From the NCBI GenBank assembly GCA_965637545.1, contig OZ281501.1:11594001-11658000 (forward strand): a DNA stretch of 64,000 nt, written 5' to 3'. The notes beneath the pieces were generated by a model, which saw only the letters and a program-made list of their open reading frames with translations, searched no databases and was not told the origin of the DNA. This stretch comes from Phallusia mammillata (Eukaryota). The translations under genes were made by a program, and so were the position numbers. Positions 50,501-63,400 of this stretch are shown piece by piece (position 1 is the stretch's first letter; every line of letters begins with the position of its first letter).

Positions 50501-52306
50501 AGACAAGTTACAGTACGTACTGGAAAAGGGAGAAATGGAAAGAGAAACATTACAGTGCATCTAATTGCGCGGTATATGTGGCCGGATTCAAAATGCGTGT
50601 TTGGTATTTTTCAAAACGCTTGTCACAAACAGACCTCTCAAGGCGTGTGCAATGACGTGCACCTGTCACATCATTTCATTGTTTTTCTTTCGCTGCCTGT
50701 CAAACACAATGCGTCTACGTGCATGTTCATCAAAAGCATGGGCGTACACATCACACTCAAGCGTCATTGCTGTTGGTGAGAAAGCGTAGTTCCTGAAGCA
50801 AAATCCCCACTAACATGCAACATTATCCCAAAAAGAAACCAACGTGTCGTAGTTGTTGTGAAGCATTTTAAGGTTGCATGTTTTTTGAGCTTATGCTAAA
50901 TAGGCTACGTACGTTACTACGCAACCGTGCCTGTTTCGTTTACGAGCCCTTTGTTACACATGTCATTGGTAAACAAAATTGACCTAAAACGATCTTTCCT
51001 TTTTGACATTGTCAACAAAAGGTTTGATAAATGTCGTACCGATGGAATGAAATTGTGTTATTATTAGATAAAACTAAATCCGGTTGTTTCTCTAGTAGTT
51101 TAATATATTTTCAAGCAAGGAATCTGAAATTTCAGTTATTTTCAAATGTCCGCCATCATGAACAAAACCTACCCAATTTGGATTGTTTGAGCTCAAAGAA
51201 CACAGCGGCCCAATATAACCTAACGCCTGATGACGCGTTTTCAAATTTACTCGCTGGAAATTGATTAACATCGTCGGATGCCTCGCATGAACTTGTGTGG
51301 CGGCATTTAAGTGGCGCTTACTGTGCGCCAACGAGGGATCATCGAAAAATCGCCGGTTTTACACCCAATTTAACCTGAGCTCAATTCAGCTGTAGGCGAT
51401 GTGTTGTCACTAGGTTTAAAAATAAATCGAGACTGATAACGCCTCCGTGACTCAGTCCGACTTTACATCCACATCTCCTAATATAGCACAGTCTTTGCCT
51501 GTAGATATTTGTCACTGCCTTTGTCTGGCAACATCGACTGTTAACAGCGGCAAGAATTTCGGAACCTATTCACAACTTTATTAGTCAGAATATCGTTTTT
51601 CAACAGACTTCCAAACGGTCAGTTTTGGGATCCAATACGCTTGATGACTTTATTCACGTGACGTAATCGAAATTCAGTATGAAGGAAAATTTAAACACAA
51701 TACTTCGGTCAAGCTTTTACGATTTTACCACAACATTATTTTAATCAGGTATCAACATCTAATCAGGAAATGTGCAACTAATTATCTACATTAATTTTCG
51801 CATACTCTTGTAAAACATTTAACTTCTGTCTATGTCATTTTTTCGGAAGCCAATACGGCCGTGTTATAATGCATGTTACGTCAAAGACTTTTAACCGCGT
51901 TGATTCCTTCAAACATAAGGGAATTTACAGAGTTGGTCGTTGTTAAAAGCAGGAAGCGGCATTGTAAATCGTCATGTTTACATTTTTTAAACACTTAAAT
52001 CTTATTATCCCCTTCTCCGAAACAAGCCCACATCCTGTACAAAACTCGATCAACTATTCCCATGAGTGTAAATCTAAATATGTTGGGGAGTCTGAGCGGA
52101 AGGCGATTTTTGGTTTATAGGAAGGCGATTTTGGTTTTTGGTTTATGGGTTTATGCGCCCCCATTCTCAAATTTCCAGCGTTTATATGTTTGGTAACAGT
52201 TCCAACAAACGAACCTACAAGCATACCATTGTCGCGAAGGCGATTTTTGGTTTATATAAGAACTGAATTCCATCACTCTGCCATCTAAATATAAAATCCT
52301 GTTCAT
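47511..52306 (-). CDS. Regulator of G-protein signalling (RGS-domain) protein, ~427 aa
   Basis: Exons 52306-52215 (GCCATG start; this first exon is less certain), 49667-49292, 49117-48952, 48713-48547 and 47993-47511 join in frame (1284 nt). RGS box: AFHDFLDSEYSSENLKFWCSCEKFKK...VNID...FESAQRKIFHIMENDSYPRFLRS. Subfamily not assignable. Confidence 0.9.
49787..49811 (-). promoter_or_regulatory. Candidate internal promoter of the RGS gene (TATA + palindromic CRE)
   Basis: TATATATAA at 49787-49795 and TGACGTCA at 49804-49811, 120-140 bp upstream of exon 2. Confidence 0.4.
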
Positions 52307-52358
52307 GGCGATCTTGTATAAACTGCAAACCCGCAGGCGTTCAAAATGAGGCTGGTGA

Positions 52359-52366
52359 TGACGTCA
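52359..52366. promoter_or_regulatory. Palindromic CRE upstream of the putative first RGS exon
   Basis: TGACGTCA 53 bp upstream of the ATG at 52306. Confidence 0.4.
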
Positions 52367-54557
52367 CGAGATCCTCGACCAAATTTATCTGGCTTAACAT
52401 ATTTATTGTAAAAAATGTGACAGTTTGTCTTAAATTTAAAATAAAAAATATTTCGGTAACGCCGTTGGGTTAGTATGTCGTATATGAACCAGCAGACGTC
52501 AGATCTGAATGCATTAATGTACTTAAATGCACAGGTATTTAAAGTGTAGGATTTATTTTTCTGCCGAGAAGTTTTACATCTGAATATTAAAAACACGTAA
52601 CGCTTGAGAATAAGTTGTTCGGAAAGACGTCACTACATGGTTCCTTGTTTTCTGTTAAATTTAGCACAAACTCTGTTAAGTGATATGTTTTCCATGTATT
52701 AGTTTCGCACGGAATGTTGAAATGATACAAATATAACCTATTGTTTCTGACTGACAAAGACTTGTTTACTGGCCTATCATTCAGTCAGACTGTTTGTTAC
52801 CCAACACCTAGGAAAAACATTGGCTATAGTTTTTGGATACTGAGCTTGTTTATGGTGTTTTGTTGCTTGCGACCCAATTTAACCCAGCCTATGCTTGTTC
52901 CAAGACACAAGAAAGAGCTTCTAGCGATGTGTTGTTTAAGCAGGCGCTTTAAAATTAGACTTAGTTTTTCTGCCTAATATCATTGGCGTTTTTCAGACAA
53001 CTAATGATTCACAATAGCTTCTACGTCACTGCTAGTTCACGCAAGACTCAACATTGGGGAAGGGGTGTGTGTCGGGCTTCAGCTCGTCTCGCCGTTTGTT
53101 TGCACAGAAAACTCTTTTGTTCAACTACAGAACTACGTCATTGCGGCCTGGGTTTATCGTTTAGTTCGTTGTTAACAACTGCGCTATGACGAATGAAGGT
53201 AAAAATACCAAATCACGGCTAACATTGCAAACGTGATTTTCCTTTCATTAATTCTCCAGTTTGTTTGCTACCTATTTCCGTCCAAACCACCTTGTTGTTG
53301 ACAGCCGAAAATAGTAAGCGACTCTGCATTCAAAGCCGATTCTCATTTGTTGTTTATCGCATTAATAACTCCTATATTTAACATCGTGTGTTCAGTTAAT
53401 AATTCCTTTGCCAAAAGCGGAAATCAATGTTCAATTTGGTGTTGGCGCCGGAAACTACAGAAGCCCGAAACCACAGCTTTTCGTTGGGAGAAACAGGTTG
53501 GTACGTGCGCGTTAGCAGTCAGTCTAGAGCTGAAATTTTTCAAGGGTCAAAACTAATTATAGACTAATACATTTGTCAAGCGTGCACCAGCTGTGTAACG
53601 TTAATGCGTGACAAATCGCAATCGTTAGGGTGTGGACCAAATCGTGATTGGCAAACCTACGTCACGTTTAAAAGCCTTTTACTGGTTTCAATGTGTTGGG
53701 GTCGATCTGCTCCTGAACAAGCTCACAGATACCAATAAAATACGTTTGTTGACCACGATTAGAACGAAAGTGCGATATAAGTCTGTTGTTCGTCAGATTC
53801 GTTTTGTACAAAAACTGTCACGAGACCCAAAAATGCTTTGGGGCATCAAATCTTGTCAGCGTTTGGAAATCTTATTCCAATGTTTTCTTTTAGCTAAGTT
53901 TATAGCAAGAAATCCAAGTGATTTTAAATTTTTAATCAAGTGATTGCGACTCGACTTTAGACAGCGACTTATAAGCTGTCCAACGTTCGACATTTGAAAT
54001 AGTAGCAGCGGAAGTAGCTTTATGTGGGTTTGAAAGCACGTCAGCAGGAAATGAACCCAGTCAAAAATAATTGTCTGACGAGGTATATTTAAATTACACG
54101 CTTTTTGATTGATAGCAAACCCTTAACAAAGTAAAAATCGTGACAAATATTTGCTTTAAAACTAAAATATTTCCACTTAAACAGGCACTGCTTTTTTGCT
54201 GTTCTGAATGTTGCCAATGTCAGTCGCTAAATATTTATTTTTTTAAATGTGCTCTTGTGCGACACCACTCGTCAAAGCAAAACATTGCATAGGCTTTAAT
54301 GTTAAGCTGTTAAAGACAAAATCAAATATCACAACGTTTTAACTAGAAGTTCTTGAACTAATCATTTTGCTCTTGTTTACAAGTGATGACGATACATTTA
54401 TCTACAAGTTTCATTACCACATTTTTCCCCACATAGAATTTAGTTATCGACGGTTGAGAACCCTGTTTAGTACATTCACTTTAAAAAAATAGAGGGGCCT
54501 TTTACAGTCTAATTTTAACATAACACGGGAAATTTATGCATGTCGTGTCAGTGGTAA

Positions 54558-54694
54558 CAGGAAGTTGATAGATGCACAACTTCCGCTTGTCAGTCGTATA
54601 AAAAAGTACCCAACAAAGGAGACTCATGAATCAATCGAAGCGTAGCAAGCTATCACGTGTTACCGCAGAAGCTTGTGCTAACTTCCGTTACAAG
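54558..54694 (+). promoter_or_regulatory. Candidate promoter and non-coding first exon, possibly of the fucosyltransferase gene
   Basis: ETS-like CAGGAAGT and ACTTCCG sites, TATAAAAA at 54597, and a donor AAG|GTAAAT at 54694/54695. Confidence 0.35.
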
Positions 54695-57600
54695 GTAAAT
54701 CGACTTTGGTCTGAGTGATTACCATCATGTTGTTATCATACACTTCAGAGCATAAAAAAACATAAAATCCAAACAATGTATTTTATGGACTCACCTTAAT
54801 AAATTGTTTTCCATTGCGTTTAATTTTTGAACCAAGAGCGACAAACGGATGTCAAAATTGTTTTCTGCTTTTTTTACTGGTCTTTGTATATGAGTAAGCA
54901 GATTGAAATTTACATCACTTGATTACAGGAAATTCAAATACATACGACTTTCTGAAAACAAGATTGTCCGATAAAATGAATAATCTGTGCAGCTTTAGAA
55001 AATGACTAACTTTCAATACAAGGTTTGTCAGTCATAAGAAGTATATTCTTAGACCTTTTAGTCAAATAGTTCGGATTAGTCTCAACTTTATGTGCCATTT
55101 TAGTTCGTTACAATTTACTATGCATATTCGCCATTCTTATGAATAGAACAGAAAGTTTCGCCGAAACCGTGCAAACCGATTTTGTTTTTTACGCATTTGT
55201 TTAGAAACTGTTTTTACGCATATTGTTTACGAATATTCTATCTTGCGATGTCGGCCACTTTCGCCTGTTGCTTTTTGTTTTCACGGGGATTGAAAGTGAC
55301 AAAAAGGTGACACGGGTCAACAACGTACGGTAGGACGGTCAACTAAAGTTCATTCCCTTAAGTGTGGCACAAACTCGTTTGCCAGCAAAGCACCCAGCAC
55401 TATCTTTGTTACGCATTACTTCCTAGCTGTGACGTAACCGATAAAGGAAGTTACGCACTGGCAACACCAGCTGTGGGTAAAAATAACATCGATAGAGAAC
55501 TCGAAACGACTTGGTCACCAGCCTAAAGGCTATGTACATATTAGCAAATTGCATTGAACCGGTAAAAATAGACAATTCTAGACATTAGGTCAAATGAAAA
55601 ATTACTTGTTAATGGTCATGCGAAAAACTTCTTTTACTTTATTTCTGCGTTTAAAGCTTTAAAAGTTTAATCGTATCGACAAAGCTGTCAAACTGCTTTG
55701 TTTTTCTGGCCCGTAAGTTTGTGTTTTACCACTTGACAAATGTGGCACTTTAAAACTTCCTAACCTTCTACATCCGATGTATTTATTCTAACCAAACATG
55801 ACGACTTACATTTTAAATAAAAAAAATTAAAATAAAATTCTCTAAAGACAACCCAAAACTTTTTACTTAAATGCGCTATTTTTCTTTTTCTCGGTTTCTG
55901 TCTTATTCAACGTCACTAAACGCAAGCACTAAACTGCATGCTCGTGCCATTGTTGAGCACTAAAGGAAGTTTCTGATTTACGTCCGAAGCGTGCAGTGCA
56001 TTAGCAATACGATGACACACCGCCTGATCTACACATAACCTCGAATGCTAACCGCCAACATATTCGCAGTTATTTAGGTACACCTGCACTGAAAAGAAAC
56101 ACATTGATGACATAATCTCAGCATCATAAGGTTATGGCACTTACAAACAGAGTGAGTATTGCAGTGATCCTCAGTACACAGTTCGGAAGTTCATACCTTT
56201 AGGTTCGAGGCAGGAAACTGCAAAGCGTCTCACCCTACTACGTAGCTCTTCTTTGAGTCGCCAAATCATTCATAACGTGTTTAGGACATGTTGTACATTT
56301 ATTCGATCTTCATTGATCGACTTAAGCACTTTTCCTGAAATAGAAAGCAAGTGACAAACATTTCCGCCCAACACACCAGCCCATGCAGCACTTGTCTCGG
56401 TGTTCGTAGCAATCTCTTGATCAAATTTTTTACAGTGATATGGAAAAATGAACTGGGGCAATTTTTTGGTATTTATGCGTGTGTCCAAAACACTATTCTC
56501 GACAAGTGTACGTTTAAACTTGTTTGTCACCAAACAACCTTCAGCATTAAGCGGATCGTGTTAGGTGTTGGAGTATTCCTATTTGTTTGCGGCTGTCAGA
56601 AGTTTTAGCTTTGCAAAGTAGACGACAAACTTGGGTCTTATATTTGCCTCCTAACTGTTTTGTTAATACTGGAGATATACCGATATCTAATTAACATTTA
56701 TTTTAAACGTCCTTGTTTTTTAAAACAATCTTTAAAGATGACAACAAACATGCATAGTTAAAGTTTGAACACAAAAATGCTATCGAAATGACAATACTCC
56801 TTGCTATTATATTTGTTCTTCATTGTTGAAGTGTTATCTGACTGACATGTGTAATTACTTCTTCCAAGATACGTCAATCCACAATTGCCAGTTAACGTGG
56901 CGAACACGTATTTCGTTCGCATGCCATCCCAACTTATGTTTTTGTGCTTATGACCAAACAAGAGTTCCCAATTTTCGCACAAGTTTGTGTAACTCTTAGT
57001 ATGATGATTAATTATGCAGTAAGAAAAATGGGGATTGTTTTGCTGTCTTCAGTTCAAACGAGTAAAAGATTTCTGACGGCTGTGGGCTATAGAAGGAGTG
57101 TAGAGTCACGTTGCTGCAACAGCCTGGGGCGATTGTTGTTTAAACAAATGTGGATGGTTAACTGAGGGACGATAGGAACTTACTAACTGTTAAAAAGTTA
57201 GGTCATGTTGTAGTGAGAAGCAAAAATAAGGTTTCGAACCAGAAAATGAAATTAAGCTGAAACAAAGTTTAAAGTTTCACAGACTCTGTTTGTACATTTG
57301 TTGTACTGTGGAACTTTCCAGATTTTGGAGATTTGTGAACAATTAGGATAAGGCAAAAAAGATGTCTACTTTTCGAAGTTTACCAGTTGGCCTTGTTTGG
57401 TTGTATGATGTAGTTTGGTATCTTGTTTTACAGTGTGAGTAGAAGTTGTAATATTTTGTTGAGACTTATTTAAATTTACTGTAAATAGTACTTAAACTTA
57501 TTTTGCAACAAATAAAGTTTCCAGCATGTGTCACAAGGCTCAAACGGCGACCATAAATTAATAAAGCTTGGCAGACATGTGGACTTTGTATTTATGGCTT

Positions 57601-57944
57601 GGTCATTTGCCCGGAGGTGCTTAAACATTTGTGGGTTGACCGGTTTCGAATGTCGACTTCGTTCAAATGTAGCAGACACTTTTGTTTTATTTTCGTTATC
57701 TGCAAAACTGCACACTACAAACTATAATCTAAGGTAGCCACAGTTAATAGCACATGTCAGGATTTTACCTGCCAGCATTTCGCATCAAGTTTAACCTGCA
57801 AGCTTTAAGTTCGAAAAATAATATTTCTTTGTGATAGTAACTGTTTTTGTAACAACAATTTTTGTCCTAGGTAAGGAAAAATGTGACTACCGCAGTTAAC
57901 GTATTATTAAATGGAGAGGCTTACAACATGAGTCTGGTTCTAAG

Positions 57945-59782
57945 ATGGCATATGACAACTACCAAAGGCACGGATGTGCATCGAACGTTTTCATTCTAAA
58001 CCGAATAAAGAGAGTTGCAAAATTCGTAGTATGTCTTTTGACTTTGACTTACGTCTGCAAATCGGCAATGACCTTTCGGGGCCAGCAAACTCAAACCGTA
58101 TTAACACTGGATTTGAATTCCTGGGAACTGTTAAAGGAAGGGGATCATTTTGAGCTTCGACCAAATGAAGACGTTTCTCCGAAGTTCCTTTCCAATAACA
58201 AACCATTTAACGTGGCCAAACAGTCTACAAATGTAATTTTGTCAACGGCCGAGGCACCACTAAAAGCTAAAACAACGACAAACAACAATCTGCCTCCAAC
58301 AGAAGAAAATGTTTTTTTGAGAGATTTATCATATTCAGTGCTTGGCAAGGACGGAATAATACAAAAGGCAGAAGATTATCAGTATATACTGCTTGTGTGG
58401 TGGCCACCAGCATACCTTGCTAAAGACCGAAATTTTCTGGAAAGAAATTTTCAAGGGGTCTGTGGAAAATGCCGATTAACTATGGACAGACGATACCTAA
58501 ATAGAAGTGCGGTTGTGCTGTTTGACAATGTACCGACGAAAGAAAATCTCGACGATCTTCCTTTGGATATTTCGAGGTTTGAAACATAGCTTATAACGCA
58601 TTATTAGAGGACACAAACGTTTATTTTACCATTGAAAAACCAAAAATGATAAGCAGCTTGTTCTTTTATTTATTGGATATAATTTGCGTGAATATAAGTT
58701 TATGTTTTTATTAGTGACAAGCAACCTTACTGTGACGAAAACTATGCCAAAGGCATAAAACATAATTATTTTGTTATTAAACATTTCGACAGTAGATTTG
58801 TCCTTGTCGTTGGAAGAATGGCGGTCAGTCGACTAATAGCGTTTCTGTTTAAAGTTTAAACTAATATTTTCGGAGCATAAACGTTTGTTTAAATAAATAT
58901 TATAGGCTCATATAGTACTAAATTGACTAATTTTTCAGGCGTGAGGACCAGGTATACGTTTTGTGGCATCGCGAAACACCTTCAAAAACCTATCACCTTC
59001 GAAATTTTATGCGAGGAACATTTGACACCATGTTTAACTACACAATGTCATACAGACGCGATTCAGACATTGTATGGTATCTAGGCAACACCCGGTATGC
59101 TATGAAGACAATGCCGTATCATTTTCTGAACCAACCAGACAAATATATTGACAAAGCGATGAAAGCAAAGCGACAGCTAGCGGTGTGGGTTGTAAGCAAT
59201 TGCAACAACACTAGAGGCGCCGTTGCACGTAAAAACTACGTTGATAAACTAGTGGCTGCTGGACTAGAAATTGACATGTTCGGTAGATGCTTCAACAGAG
59301 CAGTGCCCAAGAAGGATTTCTACGAATTTTTGGCGCCGTACAAGTTCTACCTGGCATTTGAGAACTCGTGGCACTGCCCCGATTATTTGACCGAAAAGTT
59401 TTGGCGCAACGGGCTCATGGCTAACGTCGTTCCCGTGGTTTGGGGTCCGTCAAAGGAAGACGTAGCTGCAGTGGCACCGGAACATTCATACGTACACGCG
59501 GAAAATTTTGATTCCCCAGCGGATTTGGTGAAGTATTTGCATGCGTTGGACAATGACAATTCCCAGTACAGAAAGTTCTTCAATTGGCGACGCCGTGGTT
59601 TTGAAGAAGACAATAACCAACCGATATCCCTTATGAGGCCTGGTTATGAACCTGCCATGTGTAAATTATGCATGCAACTAAACAAAAACGGCGGTAAGCT
59701 GCCACCTAAAACGTTAAAATCTTCAATGTCGTGGATATTTGGCGACGATCCCCAATCTGCATGTTTGTTAGATACTAAATAA
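57945..59782 (+). CDS. Alpha-1,3/4-fucosyltransferase (GT10 family), 491 aa, type II membrane protein
   Basis: Exons 57945-58576 and 58939-59782 join in frame (1476 nt). There is an N-terminal hydrophobic anchor, and the motifs FNYTMSYRRDSDI, AVWVVSNC and YKFYLAFENSWHCPDYLTEKFW (the alpha-1,3-FucT motif). Confidence 0.95.
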
Positions 59783-60471
59783 AACTGATGGACGTGTTTA
59801 TCGTACGTGACAGAGCTACACATGGTATCCAGCGCAGCGACCTATTGGTTGCATCATTCAACATTTTCCGCTTGTCACAGAGGGGACTTGCTCTTTAAAC
59901 AAAGCATCCCAACTTATATGCCACATGTTTGTATATTACCACTTATATGGGTAGCACGTGATATAACATATTTGTTTTTATATTGCGTGCAGTAATATAT
60001 TCTCATTTATACTTATTCCCGTGTTTGTGCTTCTGTACATTTGTGTTTCTTTGGAAAGAAAACATTTTAGTCCGCTGCAAGTATGGACTCTGTTATGAAA
60101 AATTAGTTTAATCTTCACACAATGATCCAAACAAACAAGAATTAAGGCGGAAATTGAAACGTTCAATACTTGTCGGGGTGGCAATACTTTCACAGTGGCG
60201 ATGTTTGGTCTAAAGTTTAGTGTTGTTACTGCAAAACTAGTGTTAATTTTTTTATAAAAAGGGTATTATAAAAGCATTTTTAAACGATGTTTTTTGTTTA
60301 TGATTTTCTTGTGACGGCAGAGAGTTTTTGTCAAAAAAAGGTTTGGAACAAAACAGTTACAGCAGCTTAAATTAAGGATTCCCCTGAACGATATACAAAA
60401 TTAGAGTTGAAATTTAAAATCGCGTGCAAATTACAATGGTCGTGCTACGCATTTTACAATTGCTGCCGTTC

Positions 60472-63400
60472 TTAAGTTGGCAAATGATGACGAGAATCAA
60501 CATTTTTCTTGTAATCTTCGAACTTATCTTCACCGAGGGTCGAAGTTTCGAGTTGCGGGGCACTTTCGTTCCTCGACAACGATAACAACGGCAGCTTTAC
60601 TTCGTCGTTAGCGTTCACGTCGGCGCTGGTCGTCACTTGGTGCGTTTCCCGCTCGTTGTACACAGGAGGCTTGGTGTGCTTCCAAAATTCGACAGGCTTT
60701 TTGTCAACACCGCTGACGTTAGGGCAGCTTCTGCTCACAGTATCGATTCGGCTGCTGAGCATTGTTTCCTGATACTGCTGTTGTTTGTAGAAAACTTCTG
60801 GTCGTGAACCCATTTTTGGACTCTCCTTGACAGGCGAGGCTGGTCGTCGCGCTCCAGGTTGTAGAAACGCTGGAACCTGGAAGTTAATGCCCGAACCCGA
60901 GCCGTGGTGGGATTCCATACCACTCATGACAAGATTTGTCCGATAAACGGATTTCCTGAAAAAACATAATTTTCTTGCAAAAACATACTTTACAAATATC
61001 TAAGAAATTTGGACAAATACAAATTTATTTGAACAAACAGGCTATAAGGTAAAAAAATATTGTAAGTGTACTGATAGAAAATAATTGTACCTTACATTAT
61101 GTAAACATTATGTATGTAGTCATTACTTGTTTTCTATTTAAAAACATGTGTGTTCATATTTACAAAAAAATATTTCCTGCATGCACATCAGTCAAACCAT
61201 GAGGAGAATGTGGTATGATGAAAGCGAGGCACAAACTATTTTTACAGTTAAAATATTATGAAACAAGAACAATATTTTCAGTTTTCTTTCCCGCTTCGTC
61301 CCCACCCATTTTTCAATCACGAGCAACCACTGTATGGGATACCAAAGTTATAGCTTCCAAAGAGCTTAATCCTGCCCTGATACACGTCATAGGCAAAGGT
61401 CAGACAGAAAATCAAATTTTGTCATTTTTGTGCGTGCACAGCATCGGATATGTAAATAATTTTGACATTGGGGCACAACCTTTCGAAGGAAGATTCCTTG
61501 TTCGGGGTCTGTGGACTGTAATCGTGCTTGTGGTAAGCAGACCGGTGATGCGTGTGTCCATTGGATTTAAAAATTCGATCTCTGGCTGTCAGGGCGAGCT
61601 TTTCATCCATAAGATGGTACTTTCCGGCTCTATATCGTCTCGCTCGTCTCACGAACACACTGCATGTCCTAAAGTGATAAAAAAATGCTGTTTGGGACAG
61701 TCGTGTCAAGTCATTTTGCCGTAAAAGTGACTCTAAGTGCAAAACTAAGTATTCGAAAGCTGTAAAGTGAAAACTTAACAGAGTTTTAATTATTAACACT
61801 TCCTGGAAAAATCCCCACAATTAAAAGACGATGTTTTCTTTAAGTGAACTTATCACTGACAATGCCAAGGCTAAAATCGATAAAATCGCTGCTTCGCTGC
61901 GGTTCAGATCGGTCCACACAAAATTGGGAATATGGTATCAACGTTCACAGACGCATATACACTCTTGTGCACTTACCCACACACCATTACCATAAAAATG
62001 GCGGCGCCGAAGATCAGAGGCCCGATGAGCATCACAATAAGCAGGGACATTGGTTCGTCGGGACAGCGTAGAAGGGACATGGGCACTGACAGCACCAAGT
62101 GCATCTCGGTATTCTGTGGTGAAAAGCAAACTGTCGAATGGGAAACTCCCTGCTGCATGCACCGTTGCCGGTAGAAGTACTCCTCGGGGTCCAGTTGCAT
62201 TCCGATACTCGACGCGTTGTCAGACCGAGATTGACAGCCAGTCAGGGATTCGGCGGCTGAGTTGTCGACTTCGTAACGAATTTCACGCACATAGCAATCG
62301 CATATGACGGGATTGTTGTAGAGCCACATAGCACGGATGTTTGGTAGGGTTTGGCGGATGGCTGTCGTCCGAAATCGGTAAGCCGACGACGCGACGTTCA
62401 TTGAAGATATATTGCAATTCTAAAGAGGATAAAACCTAAATAAATACTTTTTTGAACAAAAATATATCGCCAAAACTAACAAACAATTTTCACGAAAGCA
62501 GGAATAGAATACATCAAAGTCGTTGAATACGTTTGTTTGGGCATTATTTTATGTTGATTTAATGTTGATTTAAAATGTTGATTGAGTTTTTGCCATAGTT
62601 TATGTAGACAATTTTAATCCTTGATGTACATACCAATATAATTGAATTGCATATATTGGTTTAGATTGATTATTCAACATTAGGGTGTAACTTTTTCCAA
62701 TCAGACAGCAAACCAATGACAGAAATCTATTGATTAAAACGGCATGAAGTGTATGAAATGCGATGCGCTGCCTATTTTTCAAAAACATCAATTTCAATTT
62801 AGCGATTATTGCCTTTCGGAGCACAACGCAAAAACGTCAGAACGATGCGTCGGTTGCGCCCGTGTGACGTTTGCCCCTGACACCGACTGCGATGAACAAA
62901 CATAGTAATTCGACTCAGATGATCGTGTAATTAAAATTACCGCCATAGCCGCGCTGCGTGCAATTGGCACTTTATCGATTTTTGTGCGACCCAGTCTGCC
63001 TCACCACGCTACAGTGCAGCTCGTCGGCTCTGTTGTATTTGTGTTCACTAAATCGCAACGAACCCACCACTTACTGTAAAACTAATATTTGAATCATGAA
63101 TATGCGCTGTAAAGTGTTTGTTGCGTTTCAAAATGTGACTTTTGGCCTTTTACCACAGGTTTACTGTTGCAACAATCGTGAACTTATAATGGATATGAAA
63201 AGAATAGGGTGCCACCCACGTTTCACATTTGTTCAACGCATAAAACCCATTTCGAGTAGCATGAAAGGCGGACGTGCTTATGTTGCGTGAAACGTTGGTT
63301 TTCGGATGACCTTGCGCAGTGACACTATACGCAAAAACAAATAGATCGCGCCGGCCTTCTGTTCAACGCAAAACGTTCTTTCAACAAATTAGTTTTACAG

